From: Bacillota bacterium
Lineage (GTDB): Bacteria; Bacillota; Sulfobacillia; JBFLWA01
Length of the DNA stretch: 64,000 nucleotides
Assembly: GCA_040758135.1 (NCBI GenBank)
Contig: JBFLWA010000001.1
Span: 134,713 to 198,712, forward strand
Reading direction: 5' to 3'
The notes beneath the pieces are model-generated. The model searched no databases. It was not told the origin of the DNA and saw only the letters and a list, made by a program, of their open reading frames with translations. Position numbers and translations under genes: made by a program. Within the stretch, counting starts at the first letter, position 1; the number at the start of each line of letters is the position of its first letter. Positions 36,262-45,389 of this stretch are shown piece by piece.

Positions 36262-37080
36262 GTGGAAATCGCCCGGGTTCACTGTCTGCGCCATGTCTAC
36301 GCTGATCGGACTGAAGTGCGCGCCTGCGGGCTTGACCTGGTGGTCAACGGCGGTCAGCGGGTGGCGATTCTCGGACCCAACGGGTCGGGGAAGACCACCC
36401 TCCTGGCGCACTTGACGGGCCTGCTCCGTCCGCTGGAGGGAGAGGTGCGGGTGCTCGGTCGCGATCCTCACCGTGATTTCGACTCTCTCCGCTCCGAGGT
36501 TGGTGTCGTACTGCAGCGGGCCGATGACCAGATACTGGGGGCAACAGTCTGGGACGATGTGGCCTTTACCCCGCGCCATCTGGGACTCCGGGGAGCCGAA
36601 CTGGCCCACCGGGTCGAATCAACCCTGGAGCTCTTCGGCCTGATCGGGCTGAGCCACAAGGTGCCACACTATCTGAGCGGGGGCGAGAAGCGCAAGGTAG
36701 CACTGGCCGGGGCCGTGGCCATGGAGCCGCGTCTCCTCATCCTCGACGAACCGTTCCAGGGTCTTGACCCGTCGTCCCAGAGCGAACTGATCACCATCCT
36801 AAACCGGCTCAATGCGGAGCGAGGTACAGCCATTATCTTCACCACACATCTGCTCTCACTGGTCAGTGCGGCAGCTGATACCGTCTATCTGCTCAACGGT
36901 GGCCGGTTACTGGCCTGTGGACGACCCGACGAGCTGCTGGGCGATGCCGAAGCACTGAGGGCAGCCGGATTGCAGCCGCCGCCCCTACTCCAGTTGGTGG
37001 AGCATTTGCGCCGGGGCGGATTGCCGCTGCCGTTCCTCAGCGAACCGGAGGCTTTGGCCGCCGCTATACTGAAGCTGTAA
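36262..37080 (+). CDS. cbiO: ECF transporter ATPase CbiO
   Basis: Walker A 'GPNGSGKTT'; ABC signature 'LSGGEKRKVALA'; Walker B 'LILDEP'. Confidence 0.85.
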   Translation: MEIARVHCLRHVYADRTEVRACGLDLVVNGGQRVAILGPNGSGKTTLLAHLTGLLRPLEGEVRVLGRDPHRDFDSLRSEVGVVLQRADDQILGATVWDDVAFTPRHLGLRGAELAHRVESTLELFGLIGLSHKVPHYLSGGEKRKVALAGAVAMEPRLLILDEPFQGLDPSSQSELITILNRLNAERGTAIIFTTHLLSLVSAAADTVYLLNGGRLLACGRPDELLGDAEALRAAGLQPPPLLQLVEHLRRGGLPLPFLSEPEALAAAILKL

Positions 37081-37146
37081 ACGGTTAGCCCACTGTGGTG
37101 ACCAGCAGGAATGGGCGGCCGGGCAGCCAATGCATACTCTACGGAA

Positions 37147-37182
37147 CCCGCGTTGGGGGAGCCAGCGCGGGAACTTTTTTCC
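37147..37182 (+). terminator. rho-independent terminator after cbiO
   Basis: CCCGCG-ttgggggagccag-CGCGGG then AACTTTTTTCC. Confidence 0.55.
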
Positions 37183-37194
37183 TCTATTGGCGTC
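37170..37194 (+). promoter_or_regulatory. ECF-sigma-type promoter (GGAAC-N16-CGTC), candidate autoregulatory promoter
   Basis: GGAAC at 37170-37174, 16-nt spacer, CGTC at 37191-37194, about 33 nt before the sigma TTG start. Confidence 0.4.
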
Positions 37195-37226
37195 CAAATG
37201 ATGGTGCAGTATGTGAGGTGAGTGGC

Positions 37227-37853
37227 TTGAACGTAGGAGAAGAGCAGCTGGTCGCCCGGGCTCAGCGGGGCGATGTTGCCGCGTTCGAAGAGTTGATCAC
37301 CGCCTACCAGAAGAAGGTGTTCAACCTGGCCTACCGGATGGTGGGCAACCAGGAGGACGCCAGTGACTTGGCGCAGGAGGCCTTTCTCAAGGCCTTCCGG
37401 GCCATGCCGGATTTCAAGGGTCAAGCCTCTTTCTCGACCTGGCTCTACCGTATAGTCTCCAATGTGTGCCTGGATGAACTCAGGCAGCGTCGACGCCGCC
37501 AGACAATCTCGCTGGATGAGCCCCTGCAGCTGGAGGACGAACCGCTGCCGCGTCAGGTGGCTGATTCGGGTGACGGTCCAGAGGAGATCCTGGAGCGCCG
37601 CGAGGTTCAGGAAATCGTCCAGCAGGGCATCGGTGAACTGGGCGACGATCATCGGCTGGCGCTGATCCTTCGTGAGCTGCAGGGTAAGAGTTACCAGGAG
37701 ATTGCCGAGATCACCGGCTGCAACATCGGTACCGTCAAATCCCGCATTAACCGGGCCCGCCTCTCGCTGAAACAGCTCTTGGTTGAGCGGGAACTTCTGA
37801 ACAATTGTTACGTCGAAATTAACAAACCTGCGGCGGAAGGGGGGACGCGGTAA
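37227..37853 (+). CDS. ECF (sigma-70 group IV) RNA polymerase sigma factor
   Basis: Region 2 'FEELITAYQKKVFNLAYRMVG...DLAQEAFLKAF'; region 4 'SYQEIAEITGCNIGTVKSRINRAR'; TTG start with GAGGTGAG RBS. The track ORF from 37095 has a spurious extension. Confidence 0.85.
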   Translation: MNVGEEQLVARAQRGDVAAFEELITAYQKKVFNLAYRMVGNQEDASDLAQEAFLKAFRAMPDFKGQASFSTWLYRIVSNVCLDELRQRRRRQTISLDEPLQLEDEPLPRQVADSGDGPEEILERREVQEIVQQGIGELGDDHRLALILRELQGKSYQEIAEITGCNIGTVKSRINRARLSLKQLLVERELLNNCYVEINKPAAEGGTR

Positions 37854-39073
37854 TGCGCTGTGACGATATTCGGCAACTGCTCTCGGCCTACCTCGATGAC
37901 CAGTTGACCGACGCGGAGCGCCAGTCGCTGGAGGCCCACCTGACCAAGTGCCCCGATTGCCAGGCAGAACTCGAGCTCCTTCGGCAGGCTATGGCGCTGG
38001 TTGGTGATCTGGACGAAGTCGAGCTTCCCGAAGGGTTCTCGCGGCAGCTCCACGCTCGTCTGGTCGCAGCGCAGCCACAGAAGGTATCATCTCTGGCGGG
38101 CTGGGGCCAGCGCATTAGGCGGAACCTGGGCCGACCCAACTGGCGGACTCTGGTAGCGGCCGCGGCCTGCTTCATCCTGCTCTTCTCGACCAACCTGGTG
38201 CTGAACCCATCTCGAGCCGCCTATATCTGGTGGGGCGACCAGCCGGTAGGGATCAAGACTGAGGGAGACCCGGGCAGAGTCATGGGCCTGAGCGGTACTC
38301 CGGACAGTGGTGAGCTTGCGACCAAATCGTCGCAGACAGGCTTGGCTCCGGGCGCCGAAGGCCAAGGCGGCGGGGCGGCTGAATCTGAACAGGCCGAGTC
38401 CGAGAAGATCATCAAGACCGCCACCATGCAGGTAAGGGTGGCTTCCATGGCCGAGGCGGTCCAGGGGGTCCGGCGCATTGTGGCCGAAGCGGGCGGGCGT
38501 ATTGAGCGGGAGAGCATTGGTAGCCAGGCCGACAGGCGTTCGGGGGCCAGCTATGTGCTGAGAATTCCGGCTGAGAAGCTGGATCCTACCCTTGATAACC
38601 TGGCCAGGCTCGGTGAAGCGGTGAGCCGCTCGGTGGTAGCCCATGATGTGACCCAGCAGTACATCGACATCAGGGCTCGCCTGGAGACCCTGTGCATCCA
38701 GGAGCAGCGCCTCCTGGAGATCATGCGGAAGGCCGATAAGGTGGAGGATCTCCTGAGGATCGAGTCGGAGCTGTGGCGAATCAGGTTCGAGATCGAGTCA
38801 GCTACCCGCCAGCTGCTTTACTGGAACGACCGGGTGGAGATGTCCACTGTTCACCTGGAGCTGGAGGAAGTGGATGACGCTCTCAAGATAAAGGGCGGCG
38901 GCTTCTTGGGCGAGCTGGGCCGAATTCTGATGCTCAATGTCAAGCGGCTGGGACGCCTGTTACTGGAGATGGTCAAGTTTTCGGTGGCCGCGCTGCCCTA
39001 CCTGCTGATTGTGCTGGTTCTCTGGCTGGTGGGATGGCATTTCTGGCGACGCCGCCGCTCCCCCGCGGGTTAG
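37853..39073 (+). CDS. anti-sigma factor: N-terminal zinc-finger (ZAS-like HxxxCxxC) plus TM plus extracytoplasmic DUF4349-like domain
   Basis: 'HLTKCPDCQAE' near the N-terminus; one TM 'LVAAAACFILLFSTNLV'; C-terminal coiled 'RLETLCIQEQRLLEIMRKADKVEDLLRIESELWRIRFEIE'; C-terminal TM. Start overlaps the sigma stop (TAATG). Confidence 0.7.
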   Translation: MRCDDIRQLLSAYLDDQLTDAERQSLEAHLTKCPDCQAELELLRQAMALVGDLDEVELPEGFSRQLHARLVAAQPQKVSSLAGWGQRIRRNLGRPNWRTLVAAAACFILLFSTNLVLNPSRAAYIWWGDQPVGIKTEGDPGRVMGLSGTPDSGELATKSSQTGLAPGAEGQGGGAAESEQAESEKIIKTATMQVRVASMAEAVQGVRRIVAEAGGRIERESIGSQADRRSGASYVLRIPAEKLDPTLDNLARLGEAVSRSVVAHDVTQQYIDIRARLETLCIQEQRLLEIMRKADKVEDLLRIESELWRIRFEIESATRQLLYWNDRVEMSTVHLELEEVDDALKIKGGGFLGELGRILMLNVKRLGRLLLEMVKFSVAALPYLLIVLVLWLVGWHFWRRRRSPAG

Positions 39074-39100
39074 TAACATTAGTATTGGAGGTGTGAGAGA

Positions 39101-39832
39101 ATGGAGGCAAAACCGGTAACCCTGGTGGTCATCGCAGTTTGCGCCGCAGCTCTCCTTTGTACCCTGATTTTTGTTGGACGGAACAACGCTGAGGCTACTG
39201 AGGCTGCGCTGGCCATTATCTCGGTCAATGGTGAGGCAGTGGTGAACATCGTCCCCGACCAGGCGGTAGTCCAGGTGGGAGTAACGGTAGAAGCCAGCAC
39301 CTCAGAGCAGGCGGTGAGCCAGCATACCCAGAGGATGCAGGCTCTCTTCGATGCCTTGAAGCAGCAGGGAGTGGCTGAGACCAACATACAGACCACCCGT
39401 TTCACCGTGGACCCCATCTACCGGTATGAACGGGAGACCGGGCGCTCCAGCATTGATGGTTTCCGGGTCAGCAACATGGTAAAGGTAACCGTAACCGACC
39501 TAAACAAACTCGGCCAGCTTCTGGGAGTGGCCACTGCCAACGGGGCCAATGTGGTCCACGGGGTAGAGTTTGGGCTGAAAGATCCCCGGAGTATCCAGGA
39601 CCAGGCCCTCAAGGAAGCGGTAGCCGACGCCCGTCGCAAGGCCGAGGCCATGGCTCAGGCAGCCGGAGTGAGCATCGTCCGGGTCAAGCGGATCACTCTA
39701 AGTGGCGGCTACAACCCGCCCATAGTCTTCCGGGCCATGGAGGGCGTAAAGGCATCAGCCGCGGAGGTCCCGGTTGAGCCAGGCCAGATCGATGTACGGG
39801 CCAGTGTCAGCATGGAGCTGGAGATTAGATAA
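39101..39832 (+). CDS. SIMPL-domain (DUF541) protein, secreted/membrane-anchored
   Basis: 243 aa; N-terminal TM; 'NIQTTRFTVDPIYRYE' and 'SGGY' SIMPL-like segments. Confidence 0.7.
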   Translation: MEAKPVTLVVIAVCAAALLCTLIFVGRNNAEATEAALAIISVNGEAVVNIVPDQAVVQVGVTVEASTSEQAVSQHTQRMQALFDALKQQGVAETNIQTTRFTVDPIYRYERETGRSSIDGFRVSNMVKVTVTDLNKLGQLLGVATANGANVVHGVEFGLKDPRSIQDQALKEAVADARRKAEAMAQAAGVSIVRVKRITLSGGYNPPIVFRAMEGVKASAAEVPVEPGQIDVRASVSMELEIR

Positions 39833-39847
39833 GCAAATGACTGCAGG

Positions 39848-39890
39848 ACAGACGGGGCAGACAGCTGCCGCGTCTGTCATTTCTATGCCG
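39848..39890 (+). terminator. hairpin terminator
   Basis: GACAGACG-gggcagacagctgccg-CGTCTGTC then ATTTCT. Confidence 0.4.
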
Positions 39891-39945
39891 TGCCCGATGC
39901 GGCAGGTATTGGTGAACCGAAACGGGAAGATACTCTGGAGAGCAA

Positions 39946-42621
39946 ATGCCGGGGGGATCATCCGTGAGTACCAAGAAGGCGATTTTCATCGATGGCAACA
40001 GCTTGATCAACCGGGCCTTCTTTGCCATCCGCCACCTGACCACCAGCAGTGGACAGCCGACGAACGCTCTCTACGGTTTCCTGCAGATGCTGGATAAACT
40101 GATCCGGGACGAGCAGCCCAACTATCTGGCAGTGGCCTTCGACAAAAGCAAGGCCACCTTCCGCCACGAGCAGTTCAAGGATTACAAGGCCCACCGGGCC
40201 GGCATGCCCGATCAGCTGGCAGCCCAGTTGCCGGTGGCCAAGGAGCTGCTTCGGGCCTACCGGATCCCTATCTACGAGATCGAGGGCTATGAGGCCGACG
40301 ATGTGCTGGGGACCATGGCCTCCCGGGCTGCCGCCTCCGGACTGGAGGTGCGTATCGTCACCGGGGATCGCGATGCCTTCCAACTAATCGATGACCGTGT
40401 GAAAATACTCATCACGGTTAAGGGGATCAGTGAAATTGAGCTCTTCGATGCCGAGGCGCTGAAGGCCAAGTATGGCCTGACGCCGGCCCAGATGGTTGAC
40501 CTCAAAGGATTGATGGGAGACACCTCCGACAATATTCCAGGCGTACCCGGGGTTGGCGAGAAGACTGCCCTAAAGCTGCTCCACCAGTTCGGATCACTGG
40601 AGGAGGTGCTGGCCCACGCCAATGAGGCCGGCGGCCCTAAGCTCTGCGAGAACCTGGCCACCTACGCCGACCAGGCCCGCCTCTCCCGGCAATTGGCCAC
40701 CATCGACCGGGCGGTCCCCATCGACATCGACCTGGAAGAGTGCCGGATGGAGGAGCCTGACCACCCGCGCCTCCTGGAGCTCTTGCGGGAGCTGGAGTTT
40801 CGCGGACTAATCAAGCGTTTTGGCCTGGAGGAGAAGGTCTGGGACGAGAAGACAGTGGCTCGGGCGGCAGAGGCGCTCACGTTCCGGTTGACGGTGGTTG
40901 ACGCGCCGCGGGCCCTGCGTGAGCTGGAGGCGACCTGCCGTCAGGCAGGTGGCTTCGCCTACCAGCTGGTGGAAGCCGACAGTGGAGACCTGTTCCAGGC
41001 AACCGATCCCCGTTACCAGCTCTACATCGGGCTGGAGGACGGACAGGCCTTCCGGATCCCGGATGCTGCCTGGCAGGGGGAGGAGCGCACCATCCTGGCC
41101 GGGCTGCTGGAGGAGCCGGCCGTCGACAAGGCGAGTCTGTCAAGTAAGCCCGACCGGTTGAGCCTCCGTCGGCAGGGCCTGGGCCTGGAGGGAGTGACCT
41201 TTGACGCCACTCTCGCCGCCTACCTGCTGGACCCGACCCGCAGCTCCTACCGGGTGGAGGATCTGGCCAGGGAGCACCTGGGCCTGGAGCTGCCCCCGCT
41301 GGCCGGCGATGATCCAGAGCGGCTGGCCACCGGGGTGGTAACCCTGGCCCGACTGCGCCGCCCGATGCTGGCCGCCCTGCAGAACCAAGGGCTGGAGCGG
41401 CTCTACCGGGAGATCGAGCTGCCTCTAGCCGCCGTCCTGGCCGATATGGAGTGGCACGGAATCCACGTGAATGTGCAGCGCCTGGAGGAGATGGGAGAGC
41501 GGCTTGGTGAGCGAATTGAGGAACTGACCGCCGAAATCTACCACCTGGCCGGCCAGGAGTTTAACATCAACTCCACCAAACAGCTGGGCGAGATACTCTT
41601 TGAGAAGCTGGGCCTGCCAGTGCAGAAGAGGACTAAGAGCGGCTACTCCACTGATGCCGAGGTACTGGAAGCGCTGGCTCCGGGCTACGAGATCGCCGCC
41701 CGGCTCCTGGAGTACCGGCAGGTGACTAAACTCAAGAGCACTTACATTGACGGCCTGCGGCCGCTGGTCAACCCCGATACCGGCCGGGTGCATACTACCT
41801 TCCAGCAGACGGTGACCGCGACCGGCCGGCTCTCCAGCACCGAACCCAACTTGCAGAACATCCCCATCCGGGAGGAGCTGGGGCGGCGGCTGCGCTATGT
41901 CTTCGGCCCGGGCCGGGGCTATGATTGCATCGTCGGCGCCGACTACTCCCAGATCGAGTTGCGCATCCTGGCCCACCTGTCGGGCGACCGGTATATGGTT
42001 GATTCCTTCCAGAAGGGGCAGGATATCCACCAGCGCACCGCCTCTGAGGTCTTCGGCGTACCCATGGATCAGGTTACTTCGGACCAGCGGGCTAAGGCCA
42101 AAGCCGTCAACTTCGGGATTGTCTACGGGATCAGCGATTATGGGCTCGCTCGCCAGTTGGGGATAACCCGGAGCGAGGCCGCGCTCTACATCGCCAACTA
42201 CTTCACCCGCTACCAGGGGGTTAAGGCCTATATGGATGGGATAATAGCTCAGGCCCGGCGGGACGGTTACGTAACCACCATGTTCAGCCGGCGGCGCCAG
42301 CTCCCCGATATTAACAGCCGAAACTTTAACCTGCGCTCCTTCGCTGAACGCACCGCGATCAACACGCCGATCCAGGGTTCGGCAGCCGATATCATCAAGC
42401 TGGCCATGGTCGGCCTGCACCGGCGCCTGACCGAAGAGGGTTTCCGCAGTCGGATGCTGCTCCAGGTCCACGATGAGCTGATCTTCGAGGCGGTCCAGGA
42501 GGAGCTCGCCGACCTCAAGCGAGTGGTGCGGGAGGAGATGGAAGGTGCGGCAACCCTGCAGGTCCCGCTGGTGGTCGACATTAAGGTCGGACCCAACTGG
42601 TATGAAGTGATCAAGGAGTGA
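39946..42621 (+). CDS. polA: DNA polymerase I
   Basis: 891 aa; 5'-3' exonuclease 'IFIDGNSLINRAFFA'; polymerase motifs 'DYSQIELR' and 'QVHDEL'. Confidence 0.9.
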   Translation: MPGGSSVSTKKAIFIDGNSLINRAFFAIRHLTTSSGQPTNALYGFLQMLDKLIRDEQPNYLAVAFDKSKATFRHEQFKDYKAHRAGMPDQLAAQLPVAKELLRAYRIPIYEIEGYEADDVLGTMASRAAASGLEVRIVTGDRDAFQLIDDRVKILITVKGISEIELFDAEALKAKYGLTPAQMVDLKGLMGDTSDNIPGVPGVGEKTALKLLHQFGSLEEVLAHANEAGGPKLCENLATYADQARLSRQLATIDRAVPIDIDLEECRMEEPDHPRLLELLRELEFRGLIKRFGLEEKVWDEKTVARAAEALTFRLTVVDAPRALRELEATCRQAGGFAYQLVEADSGDLFQATDPRYQLYIGLEDGQAFRIPDAAWQGEERTILAGLLEEPAVDKASLSSKPDRLSLRRQGLGLEGVTFDATLAAYLLDPTRSSYRVEDLAREHLGLELPPLAGDDPERLATGVVTLARLRRPMLAALQNQGLERLYREIELPLAAVLADMEWHGIHVNVQRLEEMGERLGERIEELTAEIYHLAGQEFNINSTKQLGEILFEKLGLPVQKRTKSGYSTDAEVLEALAPGYEIAARLLEYRQVTKLKSTYIDGLRPLVNPDTGRVHTTFQQTVTATGRLSSTEPNLQNIPIREELGRRLRYVFGPGRGYDCIVGADYSQIELRILAHLSGDRYMVDSFQKGQDIHQRTASEVFGVPMDQVTSDQRAKAKAVNFGIVYGISDYGLARQLGITRSEAALYIANYFTRYQGVKAYMDGIIAQARRDGYVTTMFSRRRQLPDINSRNFNLRSFAERTAINTPIQGSAADIIKLAMVGLHRRLTEEGFRSRMLLQVHDELIFEAVQEELADLKRVVREEMEGAATLQVPLVVDIKVGPNWYEVIKE

Positions 42622-42629
42622 AGTAAGCC

Positions 42630-43454
42630 GTGCCCGAACTGCCGGAAGTAGAGACAGTCAGACGCTCGCTCCTGGATGAACTGGTGGGCCGAACCATTAC
42701 CCGGGTTGAATTGGCTAACCCCAAGTTCGCCCGCTACCCCGACCCAGCTGAGCTGGAGGCCGCCCTCCCGGGCCAGACCATTACTGGACTGAGCCGCCGG
42801 GGCAAGTACCTCATCATCCAGCTGGGCGACGAGCTCGATCTGGTCATCCACCTGAAGATGGCTGGCCGGCTGCTGATTAGCGATCCCGCGGCTGAGCGGG
42901 TCAGGCATACCCACATCATCCTGGGGTTGGATAACGGCCACGAGCTGCGCTATGTGGATCTCCGCCACTTCGGCGGCTTCTACCTGGTGGCCCGGGGCGA
43001 CTACCGGGTACTCAAAGGGCTTTACGGGCTGGGGCCAGAGCCCCTGCGTCCCGGGTTCACCGCCAGCTATCTCAAACAGTGCTTCGCCTCGCGCAAGAGC
43101 AAGATCAAGAACCTCCTCTTGGACCAGTCGGTCATCGCCGGCCTGGGCAATATCTATGCTGACGAGGCCCTCTACCGGTCGGGGATCTCGCCCCTGCGGG
43201 AGGCCGGATCGCTCGGCGACCGCGAGATTGAGCGGCTGCACCGGGTAATCGAGGAGGTCATTGCCGAGGCTATTGAGCATCGGGGCACCACCTTCGCTAC
43301 CTACGTAGATGGCCAGGGGAGGCGGGGACGTTTCGCTGAGCGGCTGCAGGCTTACGGGCGGCAGGGTGAGCCCTGTCTCGCCTGCGGGCGTCCACTGGTG
43401 AGGGTGAAAATTGGTGGGCGCAGTGCCCATTATTGTCCGGATTGTCAGCGGTGA
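42630..43454 (+). CDS. mutM: formamidopyrimidine-DNA glycosylase
   Basis: 'MPELPEVETVRR'; C-terminal zinc finger 'CLACGRPLVRVKIGGRSAHYCPDCQ'. Confidence 0.9.
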   Translation: MPELPEVETVRRSLLDELVGRTITRVELANPKFARYPDPAELEAALPGQTITGLSRRGKYLIIQLGDELDLVIHLKMAGRLLISDPAAERVRHTHIILGLDNGHELRYVDLRHFGGFYLVARGDYRVLKGLYGLGPEPLRPGFTASYLKQCFASRKSKIKNLLLDQSVIAGLGNIYADEALYRSGISPLREAGSLGDREIERLHRVIEEVIAEAIEHRGTTFATYVDGQGRRGRFAERLQAYGRQGEPCLACGRPLVRVKIGGRSAHYCPDCQR

Positions 43455-43474
43455 GAGTCTGCCGGGAACAATTG

Positions 43475-43504
43475 TTCGACTTTCTCATTATCTTGTGGTA
43501 TAAT
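43475..43504 (+). promoter_or_regulatory. extended -10 promoter (TGgTATAAT)
   Basis: TTCGAC-18nt-TGGTATAAT; 27 nt downstream is the GGGAGG RBS of a small ORF. Confidence 0.4.
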
Positions 43505-43544
43505 ACGGATGTAACTACCACATATGGTTAGGGAGGCGTCTCCG

Positions 43545-43745
43545 TTGTACTCATTGACTGTTGAGTTCAGCAGCCAGACCGAGATCAAGGGCGGCCTCGA
43601 GGGGATCTGGAAGCGACTGGGGATCACTGGCGAGATCGAGCTGCGTCCGGCCGATAACGGCAGATGGATTCTGGAGATTCACTCTGAGCGCAAAATCAGG
43701 GAGAGCGCTCTGAAGGGCCTCAACGGCCGGATTATCGAGGGTTAG
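43545..43745 (+). CDS. hypothetical 66-aa protein between mutM and coaE
   Basis: TTG start 8 nt after GGGAGG; 'MYSLTVEFSSQTEIKGGLEGIWKRLGITGEIELRPADNGRWILEIHSERKIRE...'; no recognisable family. Confidence 0.4.
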   Translation: MYSLTVEFSSQTEIKGGLEGIWKRLGITGEIELRPADNGRWILEIHSERKIRESALKGLNGRIIEG

Positions 43746-43852
43746 CAGTAGCGAGCCACGCCTTGGGGCGTGGCATTTTCATTGCCGGTGGGAGGAAAGC
43801 CCCCTGTTTGGAGAGAATGAAAGAAGCTCAACAGGGACGGGGGTGTCCGGGA

Positions 43853-44461
43853 ATGTTGGTAGTCGGTCTGACCGGAGGAATCGCCAGCGGCAAATCGACA
43901 GTCTCGCGCATTCTCCGCCAGCTGGGGGCGGAGATTATTGACGCTGATCGGGTGGTCAAGGAGATCGAGCGCCCCGGCACCGAGGTCTGGCGAGAGCTGG
44001 TAGCTGAGTTTGGTGAGGGGATTCTGCGGAAGGATGGGAGCATCAACCGAAAGCGCCTGGCCCGGCTGGCTTTTCCCGATCCGGCCAGACTGAAGCGCCT
44101 CAATGAGATCGTCCATCCTCGCGCCATCCAGCTGTGCCAGGAACGGCTCGAAGAGGCACGGCGCCGCCACCGTCGCCCTCCCCTGCTAGTGCTGGATGCC
44201 CCGCTGCTCATCGAGGCTAATATGACCCACATGGTGGATGAGGTTTGGGTAGTGGCAGTCGGACGTGAGACCCAGATCCAGCGGTTGATCGACCGGGACC
44301 ACCTGAGCCGCGAGGAGGCGCTGCACCGGCTCCAGGCGCAGATGCCGCTGGAGGAGAAGTTGAAGTATGCCGACCGGGTCATTGACACCAGCGGAAGCCT
44401 GGAGGAGACCGAAAAACAGGTTAGGGGAGTCTGGGGCGAGGTAGTAGGCAGAGACGCTTGA
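43853..44461 (+). CDS. coaE: dephospho-CoA kinase
   Basis: 'MLVVGLTGGIASGKST' P-loop. The track ORF from 43763 has a 30-aa extension with no homology. Confidence 0.85.
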   Translation: MLVVGLTGGIASGKSTVSRILRQLGAEIIDADRVVKEIERPGTEVWRELVAEFGEGILRKDGSINRKRLARLAFPDPARLKRLNEIVHPRAIQLCQERLEEARRRHRRPPLLVLDAPLLIEANMTHMVDEVWVVAVGRETQIQRLIDRDHLSREEALHRLQAQMPLEEKLKYADRVIDTSGSLEETEKQVRGVWGEVVGRDA

Positions 44462-44536
44462 CCGGCGGGAACTACCGGAGCCGGACGGGCGTCTCTGATA
44501 TTGTGTTATTACTTTACGGGAGGGAGATAGAGTAAA

Positions 44537-44779
44537 TTGACCGTTAAGAGAACTCCCTGGCTATTGATGATATTAACTCTGATAGTTGCCCTGCCGCTGG
44601 CTACCGGCTGCCGTAAGGAATTGACCAGCCTATCGGAGGCCCAGCTTAGGGCGTTGGTTATTGCCGAAGCCGCCGTACCGAATATTGACGCAGTGAAATC
44701 AGCAGTCGAAGAACTGAAGGTAACCGGCGGCTCCCGGGTGATAGCTGCCTTGAGCATGAAGCCCGAAGCTGACACATAG
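44537..44779 (+). CDS. small lipoprotein
   Basis: TTG start; signal peptide with lipobox 'LPLATGC'. Confidence 0.4.
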   Translation: MTVKRTPWLLMILTLIVALPLATGCRKELTSLSEAQLRALVIAEAAVPNIDAVKSAVEELKVTGGSRVIAALSMKPEADT

Positions 44780-44819
44780 ACTATGAGCATCCAGCGGGAG
44801 TGCATAGTGAGGGTCGGCA

Positions 44820-45389
44820 ATGGGGCGAGGTGGGGTCAGGGGCCTGTGGTGGGTCGTTTTTTTGTCTCTACTGGCGATGGTAGTCTGGGTCAGCCGCTGG
44901 CCGCAGCGGCTCTTCTACCCGGTATACTACCGCACTGAGATAAAGCGGGCGGCAGCGGCCTATGGGGTTGATCCTTATCTGATTATGGCGATTATTAAGG
45001 TAGAGAGCAATTTCCGGTGCTGGGTGGTCTCACGCAAGGGCGCTCGCGGTCTCATGCAGGTAATGCCGGCCACCGCCGATTGGATAGCCGGTGAAGGCGG
45101 TCCCCTTGGGGGGAGTGGCGCACTGGATGACCCTGCCTCGAACATCGCCATCGGCACCTGGTACCTGGCTTACCTGCTCGAGCGCTACAAAGGGAAGAAC
45201 GCTCCGGCCATTGCTGCCTACAACGCCGGTGAAGCCCGGGTCGACCAGTGGCTGGCCGACCGGCTTTGGGACGGCAGGGTGGAGACAGCCCATCAGATCC
45301 CCTACGGCGAGACCCGCGGTTACATCCGGCGGGTAACCGTAGCTCACGCCCGGTATCGCCAACTCTATCCCCCGGAGGGAAGCCCATGA
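44820..45389 (+). CDS. lytic transglycosylase (SLT domain)
   Basis: 'IIKVESNFRCWVVSRKGARGLMQV' with catalytic Glu in the 'ESN' motif. Confidence 0.8.
   Translation: MGRGGVRGLWWVVFLSLLAMVVWVSRWPQRLFYPVYYRTEIKRAAAAYGVDPYLIMAIIKVESNFRCWVVSRKGARGLMQVMPATADWIAGEGGPLGGSGALDDPASNIAIGTWYLAYLLERYKGKNAPAIAAYNAGEARVDQWLADRLWDGRVETAHQIPYGETRGYIRRVTVAHARYRQLYPPEGSP

Noticed and set aside
43763-43852. N-terminal 30-aa extension of coaE (track ORF start 43763)
   Set aside because: CoaE universally begins at the P-loop (MxxIGLTGGIxSGKS). The ATG at 43853 fits, and the extension has no homology.
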